Source: Mantamonas sphyraenae STR306
Taxonomy: Eukaryota > Protista > CRuMs
Direction of reading: 5' to 3'
Assembly (NCBI GenBank): GCA_026936335.1
Contig: JAPMXV010000057.1
Span: 1 to 64,000, forward strand
DNA length: 64,000 nucleotides
Of the stretch, positions 22,979-35,967 are shown piece by piece. Position 1 is the first letter of the stretch. Every line of letters starts with the position of its first letter. The notes below the pieces were generated by a model. The model was given only the letters and a program-made list of their open reading frames with translations, made no database searches and was not told the origin of the DNA. The translations under genes were made by a program, and so were the position numbers.

Positions 22979-25260
22979 ATGGCTGACAACCAGGAAGAGT
23001 CGGACCTCGAAATGGCCATGCGCTTGCAGCGCGAAGAGCAGGAAGCCATGTTTGGCAACTTTGGAGGCCAAGGCGACTCTGTCGACACACAAGACGACAC
23101 AGGCAGCCTCGACGGCAATGACGGCCGTGACCGTGACTACGTCGATTCCACCAATGGCCAATCCTACATTGGCATCGACCAGGGAATGATCCCATCTGGC
23201 GGTGTACGTCCGCGGGCTCCTTCGCACTCGTTTCCCATGCCAACCCTCACCACGCCTCTCTCAAGCTCACCCCTTCCTCCCACTCCACATGCACACCCCT
23301 CCCTTTGCCAACCTTTTTCCTTTGCCCACCACTCCTCGCTCCCCATTATCCACAGGGCATCGTTGTCCTCGACGCTGGCGGAGGCATCAACTTTGTCATG
23401 CCTGGCGAATCCCTCCCTGGCCTCACCAACAACAACTACTCCGTTGGCAACCAAGGCCGCACCGGCAACGACGACGACTCCACCACACGCGCTGCCCAGC
23501 TCGGCGTCTCTGGCAACAGCATCGAACGCACGCCGTCCGACACCATGCAATGGCTCCTGGCCCAGAGTACGTTTTGCGTTTGCGTTCCTGAAACTCAATT
23601 CCACCACCTCCTCCTGACCCCCCCCCCCCCCCTACCTCACACACTCACACAACAACGACCCCTTGTGCCCGTAGCAAACTCCATGGACTCCCAGAATCCC
23701 CTTGTTACCGAGGTGGCCCATCTGCGCAAGTCTACCCAGTCTGTCTTCAACGTCGTCAGCCGCCTGGGCCCCATCAACACCATGAAGATGCGGGTCATGC
23801 ACCTCCTCGGCCAACGTGCCTTTTGCCAGTCCCTCCTCGAAAGCCAGGACTCCTGGGACGAGTCTCTCATCCAGTCTCAGACTCTCCTCATGGAAACCAG
23901 CGACACCATCGACATGCTCGCAGACCTTTTCGGCCTCACAAGCCAAACCAACAAGCCCGCCCCGAAAATCACCTGGGACGACGTCATGGCAAACCTCTTT
24001 GCCCTCCAAGACAGTGCCGCAGACATTGCAGACCCAGACACCCTTCTCAAAGACATCAAGAAGCACACCGTCCAGGCCAACAAGCTGCGCAAGGAGGATC
24101 TCGACGCCTTGGACAAGAAGCGTGCAGAGGCACAGGAGGCCGGCGAGAGCAGCGGCTCAGATACAAGCCTGCAGCAGATCACAAACCCCAACGAAGACAC
24201 CTACCAGACCATCATGTCCATGCTCGCCTCCCTCCGCGCGGGTGTCGCCGAGGCCAAGATCAACCAGCTCAGCGAACGGCTGCAGCACTACGAGGAGCAA
24301 CAGAACGCACAGATCGCTTCCTTCGAAACAAACTATGCCGACCAGGCCAAGGCCCTCTCCAGTGCAGACCTCCTCAGCAGCACAGAGACCCGCCTCGGCA
24401 TGCTCTTCTCCCAGCTCTACGCCATCAAGGAGGAGCTCGAAGAGTGCCACAAGCTGGCTCAGGACGCAGATGTCGAAAACAACTCCACCAACATGACCCA
24501 GCGCGTCCAGGACCTCGTCGACTCGTGGCAAACCATCGACTCGGCCTTCCTCGAAAACCTGGTTCCCCTCTTTGACGCAAAGACACAGACCATGCGTGGC
24601 AACATCAATCAGTACCAAATCGACAACGGCAGCTCTGCGTGCACCACCATCAGTGCCCACGCAGCCATGGGCCTTCTCAGCCCGGTCATCACCCAGGTCG
24701 CCGACCAAATGAGCCTCACCGAACTCCGCGAATCCGGTCTCCTCACGCCACACATGATGGACGACTGGGTGCGCAGTGGCGTCGAGGCACACCCTGTGTC
24801 TGGCCTCGACATGCACCTTGGCTGGACCCTCGGCATCGACGAGCTCGACATTCCCAGCGTCAGCGAAACCTACAAGAACACCCTCGAGACCGTCCAGGAG
24901 CAACAAGGTACCACAGACTCCTCCGAGGAGATGAACTTGGCCAACATTGTTGCCTCTGTCTCGGTCCCGGCTCCGTACGGCCTCGTCCTCACCTGCAATG
25001 GCATGAGCGTCATTGCCATCAAGCTCGCAGGCGGCGCCTGGCTCTTCTTCGACTCCCACGGCATGCCCAACGTGGGCGTTCAGCAGACCTACCTCCGCAA
25101 GTTTGACACCGACCAGCAGCTCCTCCAGTTCCTCGAGAAGCGCTTCCCCTACATGGCCGTCCCCGATCTCGGATCCTCCATCATGTTCAACACCGTCTCT
25201 GCATTTACCATTCAGTGGGATGGCGAAGATGCCGATGCCCAATACGACGAGTTTGTATGA
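22979..25260 (+). CDS. Putative deubiquitinase of the herpesviral-tegument-like (peptidase C76/VTD) type with an N-terminal MIU/UIM and coiled coil; join(22979..23203,23356..23566,23675..25260)
   Basis: EESDLEMAMRLQREE ubiquitin-binding motif; GNINQ....GSSACT (oxyanion Q, catalytic C) and WLFFDSHG (D-x-H). Confidence 0.65.
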
Positions 25261-25539
25261 GCGGAGCAGCGGAGCAGCGGAGCAGCCGAGCAGCACCCGA
25301 ATGAAGAATTGAGCGCTGATTCTTGCCCACCCCATCCCACTCCCTTCCCACACACTTCAACTCTACCCCACACCTCACAACCCTCCAACCACCCTCTGGG
25401 TTGCTTAAAACGACGATGTCGCACCTGCGCCGGCCCACCCAAGAGGATCCTTCTCCACCGATCGCGAACCACCCTGTAACAAACCCCCCCCCTGCGGATC
25501 AATACCCTCTCCAACTGTAAATCTTCCTGTTCATACCCA

Positions 25540-28500
25540 ATGACTACTCAACGCCTCACCATCGCAATCCTTCTGGTTGCACTTGTATCCACCACGACCG
25601 GTACGTGACCCGACAACACCCGTTGGAAGTTTTTGCGCCGGGCCGTTTTTTTCCTTCCATCGCCCAGAAGCTTTTGCGCGAAAAAAACCCTCTTCACCGC
25701 TTTATCCGCCCTGCACTCGCCCTGCACATCCACTCACACCTCATCGCACCCTTGGTGCACCTTGTATCACAGCCCAGTATGCCTGGGTCAGCGAGGAGAC
25801 CTTTGAGGACACCCACCTCGCTGCGTACGACTACGCCTACGCCCGCATCGGCAACACCGTTTTTCTTTTCGGAAAGGCGTCCATCCAGACGCTCGACCTT
25901 TCCACCCGCATCCTCCGCACCCACGACGATGCAAAGCTCAACTTTTACAAGACCGCCCAGCAGCTGTACGCTCCCTCGTCTCCTGCTCCCACCAAGCTCA
26001 CCGGGGGCCTCGACAAGCTCCTGCCCAAGTCCGAAGTCGCCCCCTTTGATCGCTTCGCTGCCACCGCCGAAGCCGTCGACGCCGACAACATCATCGTCCT
26101 GGGAGGTCACCGTGGCTCCTATGTGACCCGTCAGTCGTCTGTGTGGAAGTACACCGTGTCCACAAAGACTTGGACTCGCATGGCCCCGATGCCCGTGGCT
26201 CGCTCGATGCACGTCTCCACAGTCGCCTCCAGCACGATCTACGTGCACTCGGGCGCAGAGACGGAGCATGTTGCACGCACCAGCAGGAACGGCAAGCGCA
26301 CATGGACCCAGTACCTGTCCAGGTACGCCACCACCACCCTCCGCTACGACGTCAACGCAAACGCCTGGAGCACCCTCACCGCTGCAAACGCAGACAGCGC
26401 ACACCCGCCTGTCGTCCACGCCACCTCCACCGCCGCCCCAGCAAACCACTGGTGCATCTACGGTGGCCGCCGCTCAGCCGCTGCTGCCTCTTCCGACGCA
26501 CGTGGACTTGCAAAGTCCCTCGAGCCCAACGTCATGTCCTGCCTCAACCTTCTGTCCCTCTCCTGGAACAGGTACGATGGCCCGCAAGGCGAGACCAAGG
26601 GACGTGTCCACGCACAGATGGCCACCATCCCGTCGGCAACCCACATCTGGCTCCACGGAGGCCTCACCACGGGCAAGGTCCGCAAGACCATCCTGCAGTT
26701 TGAATGGGCCACAAAGACCTGGTCGCCCCTCACCATGTGCACCCTCAGGAAGAGCAAGACCATGCTCAACCGCCGCTCCTCCTTCGCCACCTTCCTCGGC
26801 TCCAAACTGTACATAATCGGAGGCCACGGCGAAAAGACAGGCGACGTGTGGACCCTCGACACATGCTCATCCGCCATCACCACCTTTGTCAACATCGGCG
26901 GCACACGCTTTGCCACCCTCGACAGCGCCGCCTTTGACACGCAGCGCATCACCTGCGACACCAGCGCAAAGTACGTCCTCCCTACAGGTTGGAACTTGGC
27001 CACAGATACCCCCGCTGCACGTATGGCCGTCCGCATGGGCCGCTGGGGCACAGACTGCCTCAAGGTAGGCAACGCTGCCGTGCCCACCACACGCTACCTG
27101 GCCGACCGCAACTGCACCATTGCCGCAAGTGCCATCGACACCTCCGCCGCCGTCGATCTGTACAGCACCGCCACATGCGACCCTGGCAACAGTTTGCGTC
27201 ACCTCATCACCCAGCCAGGCGCTGCAGGCGACCAGAACCGCGCCGATGGCTCCACCCGCTCCATCACAAACTACTTTGTGCACAACGGCCTGCGCTACGC
27301 CCTTTTGGACAACGCTGCCGTCGATGCAAGCAAGAGCGGATGCCAGAGCAAGCCTCTGCCCCTGCCCACTACAGGCGGCTGGCAACTCGCCGCCGACACC
27401 ACAGCAAACCGTGCTGCTCTCCTCGGCAGCAAGCACAAGCTGGCCACCTCCTGTGTCGTCATGGCCAACGGCAACGCCTACAGCACCATCGACGCCTCTG
27501 CCTGCGGCACAAACCTGCTCACCAGCGAAGCCGGCCTGCACATGCCCACCGACTGCAACCGCCGCATCCTCATCACCGCCCCGGCCAGTGGCAGCGACAC
27601 AGACTCGTGGCTGTGGAATGCAACCAGTCTCACCCACACACGCGAGGCCAAGGGCTTCCAGTGGGCTTCTCTCAGCGATGACAAGGTCGGCGCACGAGGC
27701 TCGGGCTCCTGCGCTCACAACGCCGGTCGCCAGCTGCCCGCTGGATGGTCCGTGGCCCCCGACGATGACGCCACCCGCTCTTTCCTTCGCTTTGCTCGCT
27801 TTGGCTCTCGTGGCTGCTTTGTCCTTGCCGACGGCAAGAGTGTCCATCGCAGCGGCAAGCGCAACTGCGCAGCTGCAAACGCCCTCCTCAACCTTGGTTC
27901 CCTCTATGCTGCTCGCGACTGTCAGCATCGCGTCCTCCTCCGCCGTGCCGCCCCTGTTTCCACCAAGAACCGAGGTGGCCAATGCCGTGCCTTTGGCGAT
28001 CCCCACTACACCACCTTTGACGGCGTCCGCTACAACTACTACGGTCTTGGCGACCACGTCCTCATGCAGACCGTGCCCCAGGCCGGAAGTTCCCAGGCCA
28101 AGCTGCGTATCGAAGCACGCCACTTCCGACTCAACCGCGCCTCTGCCAACCAGCGCGTCGCCGTCAGCATCAACGGCACCGTCCTCGCCATCGATGCACA
28201 CCACGAGCCACTGCCCGCCATCACCGTCAACAACGTGCTCACCACCATTGCCCTCGACTCGGCCTCCATGGGCGTCCTCGCGGTCGCTCCGGGCATCTCC
28301 CTCACCCAACGAGGTGCGTCTGTGCCCCTCATGAGCTCTCTCGGCAAGCGCAACCGTGGCAAGAACCTCGCCCGCATGGAATTCCAGCTCGACCTCACTG
28401 CCCCGTACCCACCTGTCACCCTCAACGCCTACATCCGTGCCAGTGGCGTCGCTCCCTTCCGCGTCATGGACCTCAAGGTCACCGTGCGTCAGCAAGACGG

Positions 28501-31360
28501 ACAGGCCGACCTCGTCACGGAAGGACTCTGCGGAAGCCTCGACTTCAACTCCACCAACGACCTCACCAGCCCCAACAACGTCCAATACGTGCGTGCCCAG
28601 GGCCAGCTGTACGGCGCCACATGGGCCGTGCCCAGCAACTCCTCCCTTTTCAACGCCCCGATTCCCGAGGGCACAGATGCAGACTACGTCCCTGCCTCCG
28701 AGCCGCCCTTTGCCACCGGAAAGGAGCGCACCATGGCCAACACTGCCTGTGGCGACATCCAAGATGACGATCTGCGCCACGCCTGTCTCTTTGACGTCGC
28801 CGTGACCAAGGACCCGGCCATGGGTGCCGCCGTCGCCGAGGTTGAGGCTCAGGAGCGCCTCGAGGAGGCAGGCCCCGATGACATCCCTGTCCTCAATGCC
28901 ACTCTCATCACAAACGTCCTCGAGTTTGGCAACCACACCTTTGCCACCCTGGACAATGCGGACCCCACCAGCGTCCACCTCGGATGCCAGGACGCCTGTG
29001 TGCCCATTCCTTCCGGATGGCGCCTCGCTCCAGACACCGCCGTTGTACGTGCTTCCCTTTCCCAGGCCTCGTGGGGCACCGCCTGCCTGGCCTTGGAGAA
29101 CGGACGTGGCTACAACCGCGCCGGCAAGCGCTGCGGCGCAAACCTGCTCCAGTTCTCCGCCGACGACACTCCGTGCATCTCTGTGCGCGAGTGTGACGCA
29201 CGTGTGCTCCTGGTGGCCGACCAGTGCGCCTCCGAGGGCAAGCTGCTCAACCCGGGCTTCGACACACCCACACAGGTGCCCAACGCCATCAACCTGTGCC
29301 TGCCCCCGCACACACGTGCCATGCATTGGGTGCCCAACGGTTTGGGCTACGAACTCGACGCAACCGTCAGCCGAACCGTGGCCGAGGTGCGCACACACCC
29401 CGTCTACAGTGCAAAGGTCACCGCCCTGGACCCCAACCAGATCTACGGCGCCTTCCAACGGGTTGAACTCAACCAAACCGTGCCCGAGGCATTTGGTGTC
29501 TGCGGCTGGAGCAAGGCTGTCGATGTCGTCACACGCACACGTCTGCCCTCTGCAGACTACTCTGTGTACATCGACGTCGAGTACACCGACGGCACCAGTG
29601 TCTTCAGCCTCTACTCCGAGTTTGCCATCGGCACCCACGGTTGGCAGCAGCGCTGCGTCGACCACATCCCGGACAAGCCCGTCAAGGCCGTCATGGTCCA
29701 TGCAAACGCACGCTACATCACCGGACAGGTCTGGTTCGACGACTTTACCCTTGGCTGTGCCTCCACCCATGCTGCAAACCTGCTGCGCAACGAAGACATG
29801 GACGTGGGCACCGGATGGATTGCTTTCAAGGACGGCTTCCAGCCGGACAACACAGAGGACCAGGGTGACCGCGACGGCATGGGCAGCGGAGGCGCACTCA
29901 AGATGAGCAACTCCGATGATACGTCCAGCAAGGGAGCCTTCCAGGTCGTTGTCATGGATCCCTCCAAGCAGGTCGCTCCCGAAGGCAAGTCCCTTGCTCT
30001 GCTCATTGGCGGCTGGTCCAAGGCCGAGAACGTCAGTGGCACCGAGGACGCAAACTATGCCATCTACGTGGATATCCGTTATGCCTCGGGTGAGCACGTG
30101 TGGTCCCAGGTGGCTCCGTTCAGCACGGGGACCCACGATTGGGAACACAAGCAGGTCAGCATCACCCTCGGTGGACCCATCACATCCTTCCAGGTTGTCT
30201 GTCTCTTCCGCAACCACACCGGAACCGTGTGGTTTGACGAGCCCAGTGCCATCCTCACCACCGTCGACTCGCTCAGTGCCCCCGGCATTTCCTACGGCGA
30301 TCCCCACTTCCTCTCTCTCGATGGTCAGTTCTACTCCATGCAGGGCATCGGTGAGTTTTGGCTTTACCGTGACACTCGTCTCAGCGTGCAGACACGCCAT
30401 GTCCAGGCAGGACGTGCCTCTGTCAACGCTGCACTCGCTGTCCAGCTCGACGGCGGCGATGTCTTGCAGCTTGAGCGCGCCACAGGCACAAACCTGCCCT
30501 TGGTCAAGGTCAACGGCGTCGACATGGACTATGTCCACCGTTCAGTCTCTCTCGACAACGGCCAGGGCTCCCTCAGCGTCGTGGGCGACCTCAAGGGCCT
30601 CGGTGGCTCCATGTCGTTCACTCTCGTTCACTTTGCCACGGGCCACGAGGTCACAGCCACCCTGCGTGTGTCTGGTTTTGGCACTCAGTACCTGCAAATC
30701 CATGTCCGTGTGCCCCTTCCCTTTGCAGGCAACGGCGAGGGCCTCCTGGGCAACTTCAACGGCGACCCCACCGACGACCTCATCGATGCCGACGGAAACG
30801 AGCTCGACATCCAAACTGCCACCCAAGACCAGATTCGCACCCAGTTTGGCATGTCCTGGCGTGTCACAGACGACGACTCGCTCTTTGCACGTGCTCCGGG
30901 CGCCTCCGCCTCCAGCGTGGCCGATCTCGAGTTTGTGCCGGCCAAGCTGACCGACTTTTCCCCTTCTCTGGTCCTTGACGCACAGACCAAGTGTGTGGCT
31001 GGTTCCACTGCCCTCCAGCGCGCCTGTATGTTTGACATCCTCGCCACGGGCGACGACTCTTTTGGCTCCAGCGGCACCACCGTCGCTGGCGAAGCAGGCG
31101 GTGTCGCCATGCCCCTCGACACCGGATCCGCATTCTCCGATGGCGGCAACGACTCCTCCTCCACCACCGACCCGGCCAAGACCACAGCCGCCCCCACCGA
31201 AGAGAACTGGTGGACGCCCCTTCGTCTTGGAGGTGTCATTGCAGGCAGCATTGTCTTTGCCCTTCTCCTCATCGCCGCCGTGGCCTACCTCTACATTCAC
31301 CGCAACGAACGCAAGAAGCAGACCGACGACAAGGGCCGAGTGCGCCTCAGCAGCGTCTAA
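25540..31360 (+). CDS. Type I membrane surface protein: signal peptide, Kelch propeller, four Cys-rich modules, two VWD, two CBM-like domains, TM; join(25540..25600,25773..31360)
   Basis: GG-type Kelch repeats; GDPHYTTFDG/GDPHFLSLDG and GLCG/GLLGNFNG VWD motifs; two GWSKA...GTH.W...WFD modules; C-terminal TM helix. Confidence 0.85.
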
Positions 31361-31425
31361 TGCGCAGTAAAAACGCCCAATCTGTACAAACAACATCATT
31401 CGAACTTCCATCCATCCATTCCCAT

Positions 31426-34086
31426 TCACTTTCCCTGCAGCATCCGCAACGCACGAGCCTCCAAGTCTTCCAATTCTTCTTCCTCGCTCTCATCCTCACT
31501 CTCATCCTCGCTCTCGCTCGCACTCTCCTCCACCCGCCTGCGCTTCGGCCCTCGTTGGCTCTCCTCATCGTCACTCTCACTCTCTTCGTCGCCATCGCTC
31601 TCGCTAGCACTGACCCACTCTTCATCGCCGCCAAGCGTCGCCAGCTGCGTCCCGGCCGGCTCATTCAATTCGTCCGCTTTCCTCTTCTTCTGCTTCTCCT
31701 TCATCTTCTTGTGCTTCTCCTTGACCCTTTGCTTCTCTCGCTTCCTGTCTGCCTTGTCCGCCTCGTGCATCTGCTTCTTGAGGGCCGCCATGCGAGCTCG
31801 TGCACGCTCCGCCACAGTACCTCTCTCCATCTCTGCCAGCTCTTCCTCCGTCTGCTGCCCTGCCAGCTCTCGCGTCAGCTTCTCAAACGGCGTAATCTCC
31901 TTGCCATCCTCGTCAAACATCACCCGCTTGCCCAGCGATTGGTTCACTTTGATCTTTGCCAACCGCTTCTTGCTGATCTGTGGCTCCTCCAACATATCTT
32001 CCTCCTCATCACTATCATCCTCATCACTATCATCATCCTCCTCATCGCTCTCGTTCCCTTTGCCCATCCGCTCGTGATGCTGCTTGCCCTTCTTCCGCCT
32101 CAACACGCCACCCACGTCTTCTTCCTCGTCGCTCTCCTCGTCGCTCTCCTCATCATCCTCCTCATCATCATCATCCTCCTCGTCGTCGTCCTCTTGATCC
32201 AGCATGCGCCTGTAGTCTTCCGACAACACGTCTGTGTTCTTCTTGTTGAAAAGCCGAGCCAGCTTTGCGTTCCTCTTGCCCGTCACCGCGGGGGCCTTCA
32301 CCTCCACGTCCTCCTCGTCGTCGGCCTCGCCATCACTCGAACTATCACTCCCCACTTCCTCTTCTTCCTCCTCGACCACCGCCGTCGACGACGACGCCTT
32401 CTTCTTGCCAAACTGGACATTCGGCGTGGACGACAAGCCCAGCGACTGGCCGTACTCAATGTACGGAAGTGCATGCACGTCAAACACTTCCTTGTCCTTC
32501 ATCTTGTACACCGAGCGCAGGTACGCCACAAAGCACTTTTGCGCAAGGATCTTGAACGACGGCTGCTGAATCAGCAGCGCGCTCAGCTTGCCCGTCACGT
32601 CCCGCATCCGATTCGGATTCGGCTTGATCTTCTTCAGTGGGATCTTGCGTGCTTCCAGCCGCTCCACCATCTTCAATTCCGACGGCAGCAGAAACAGAAG
32701 GCTCTTGCCCGTCCCGCCTGCACGTGCTGTGCGGCCCACACGATGAATGTACGTGTCTGTGTCTTCCGGCGCGTCCATTTGCACCACCCAATCCACTTCG
32801 GGAAAGTCCAGGCCACGTGCCGCCACGTCTGTGGCAAACAGCAACGCGCTGTCCAGTTCGCAGAACCGGTAGTACACCAGCATACGCTTCTTGGGCTTGA
32901 GCCGCCCGTGTAGCGACATCAGCGGCACTCCCGGACGCAGCATGCGGAACATCTCAGACACGTACCGCACTTGCTTGCACGTCGACAGAAACACAATGGT
33001 CCGCTTCTTCAGGTTCGACTTGACAAACGAGAACAGCGTGTTCATCTTTTCGTGCAGGCCCACAATCATGTAATTCTGCTCCAGATTCGTCGGCGTCGCA
33101 AAGCGCGACTCGTGGTGCACCGAGAGGAACTGTGGGTCATTCAAGGCCAGCCGTGCCAGGTCGCTCACCTTGGAGGTCTGCGTTGCCGAAAACAGCAGCG
33201 TTTGCCTCTCCTCAGGCAGATTTCCAAGGATGGCATTCACCTCGCGCTCAAACCCCATTGTCAACAGCTTGTCCGCTTCGTCCAGCACCAGCATCTTCAG
33301 GTTGTCGCAGTTGAACCCGGGTGTTTCGTCCATGTGTTGCAGCAGCCGTCCCGGCGTGCACACCAGGATGTTCATCCCGTTCACGTGCTCCTGCTCATAC
33401 TCCACATCCTTGCCTCCAATCAGCAACCCTGCACTCAGCCTTTCGTGCATCGACCCGACCACCCGCAACTCGTCAAAGATCTGCATGGCCAGCTCCCTCG
33501 TCGGCGTGATCACAAGCGCTCCCACCCCGTCCAGATTCGTCCACTGTTCCCTGTACAACACTTCCAACACCTGCGAGCATGCGTGTGGTGTTTCCCGCCC
33601 ACAGTGGCCCCCCGTTTTGTGTCAGCCCTCACCTGCGTCCCAAATTCCGCACATGCGTGCTCCCTTGCTCCTTACCGGCACCAGAAACGCAAGCGTCTTG
33701 CCCGAGCCCGTCTTTGCCGCGCCCAGCACATCTCGCCCCGCCAGTGCGTGTGCAATGGCCGACCGTTGGATGTCCGTCATCTTGTGGTACTTGCGCTTCT
33801 TCAGTCCGCCCAGCGTCCGCTGGCTCACAGGCAGCTCGTGGAAGTGTCGCGCGTTGCCATACGTCACTCGGCTGGGTCCTGCGTACGAATCCGTGTCCTT
33901 TGTGCTTGTCACAGGCGTGCTTCCCGGCGCAGGTGCCTCCAGCGCAATGCGTTCTTCAAGCCGCTTGATATCCTGTCGTTCCTTCTCGCGCTCCAGCTGC
34001 CTTTGCTCACGCTTGTTCAGGCGCTTGCCTTTGCCCTTGCCCTTGCCCTTCTTGCCCTTGCTGCCTTTGCTGTGTGACCCGGCCAT
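31426..34086 (-). CDS. DBP4: DEAD-box RNA helicase DBP4/DDX10; complement(join(31426..33570,33676..34086))
   Basis: [23 protein letters not shown] and HRVGRTAR motifs with DBP4-typical context (LYREQW...[21 protein letters not shown]). Confidence 0.93.
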
Positions 34087-34156
34087 GACAAAGGGAGAAT
34101 TGCTGTGGTCTCTGCGGCGCCTGACCCAACACGACAACGCCACCCCCTCCGTTCCA

Positions 34157-35050
34157 ATGAGCAAGCGCCAGCGAGCCAGGTCCGTCGTCCAGGTCGACGC
34201 AAATATGAAGAGTGTGGATGTAAACCAGAAAGACAAAAAGAGGAAGCAGTCCACCCTCAGTTTCGGCTCCGGAAACAAGCTGCAGCTGCGTGTCGCAAAG
34301 GCCTCCTCTTCAGCCTCCGCCACTGCCAAGAAGGCCCTCGAGAGCTCACCTGCCACAGCCAAGCGCACTGCTTCGGCCTCTTCCATCTCCACACAATCGT
34401 CGCAAGACTCATCCTCCTCTAGCAATGCCAAGCCCGCGGCCAAAAAGACACAAAAGTTTAAATTCACCCCCAAGATTGTGCCCCACGACTCGGATCTGCA
34501 CGGCGAGTCCAACTTTGTCGACCATGAGAACATCCAGGGTAGGTTTAGTATTCGCTGAGGCCTTTTGTGCCTGCCCTACGCCCGTTTCTTCCGCTGTGCA
34601 GCCGCCTTTGTGCAAAGCTGACCCGTCGCCTGCGCGCCACAATCCAGCCAACGGTAACGACGCCCAGGACGACCAACAATCACTCGACGAGCGTCCGCTC
34701 GCACCCAAGCATGTGGCCACCCTCAAACAATTTGACCTGGCCGTCGAGTACGGTCCTGTGTTTGGCGTGTCTCGCAAACAACGCTGGTGCGTGTGTTGCC
34801 TTTTCGTTTCGTGGTTCCCAAGATCCAAATTCCCGGGACCCCCCCTTCCCCGTCTTTTCCGCCACCCCTCTCCCCCGCTGGCCCTCTCACACCCCCCACC
34901 CCTTCGGCATCCCTCCACCCTCGTTTCCACCACAGGCTGCGTGCCCAGGAGAACAACGCAAACCCTCCGCAACAGGTGTGGACCATCCTTTCCGCAATCG
35001 ACGACAACTCAAAGTGGAACCAGAGCCTGTGGCACGGAAGCAACGTGTAA
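34157..35050 (+). CDS. POLD4: DNA polymerase delta subunit 4; join(34157..34538,34648..34786,34936..35050)
   Basis: Spliced product reads LKQFDL..EYGP..GVSR.QRWLRA.....NPP..V...L; PIP-like KQSTLSF near the N-terminus. Confidence 0.85.
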
Positions 35051-35080
35051 ACACCGCTTGTCTCCACACCCTCCTTTACT

Positions 35081-35831
35081 TCATGCCGAGCTGCTGCTCT
35101 CATCCTCCTTCTCCTTGTCCTCCTCTTCATCTTTGCTCTCAACACGCTGCTTCTTCGGTGGCGACCCCTCGCTTGCTTCCGCCTCCGTGCCCACCTCTTG
35201 CGAAGCTGCCTTTTCCGCAGGACTGCTGTCCCCACGCTCTTCCTTCCCCTTCTCATCGCCATCCTCCTTCACAACCGCCGTCTCCTCCGTCTCTTCCGCC
35301 TCTGCATCAGCTCGCTTGCGCTTTGATCCTGTCGCCTCCTCCACCTCCGCTCCCTCCTTCACATCTCCATCCTCTCCCTTCTCCGCGTCCTTCTCCTCTC
35401 CTTCTTCCCCCTTTTCCTCGTCTGCCTACTCCCAGCAAGTGTGTCAGTCCACCGCGAAAAAAACGACTCGGCCCGGGTGAGTGATCAGGAACTGCAGTTC
35501 CCGAGAACCTGTCACCGCAATCAGGATCGCCCAACTTCACACACCTTCCGCCTCAATTTCGAGCAATCATCTTTTCACCCCCACACCCTCCACCAAATAG
35601 GTGCACGCCACCTACCTTGTCCTTCCATGCAGCCTCGCCACTGCTCCCGGTGATGTTGTCCTCCTTCAACAGAACCATCACAGGCTCTTCGCTCACCTTT
35701 TTGTCCTTGTTCGCGTTCGCTTCCACGTTCTCCGTGTCCATCTCCTCTGCGGCCATCGACGTCTCGTCCTTTGCTTGCTCCTTCTCCTCCTGCGCCTGTG
35801 CTTGCACGTTGTCAATCTCAATCTTGGTCAT
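35081..35831 (-). CDS. Small acidic, likely nuclear hypothetical protein; complement(join(35081..35425,35616..35831))
   Basis: GTAGGT...TAG intron joins two E/K-rich ORFs in frame; KRKR and PPKKQRV NLS-like motifs. Confidence 0.6.
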
Positions 35832-35967
35832 GGTTTCAGCTGGTTGTGTGGAATTCAATCGGTTTGTTTCGCGGATGCTCTTGCGTCTTCCCTTGCCTCC
35901 TCCCGCGCTTCCACCTGCATCCCCTTTTGAACCCTTCCCACATCACCCACCACGCGTCCTCTCCACA

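Noticed and set aside
25261-25295. GCGGAGCA tandem repeat, about four copies
   Set aside because: Short 3'-UTR microsatellite with no evidence of function.
25416-25520. 34-codon ORF in an intergenic gap
   Set aside because: Too short and no motif; cannot be supported.
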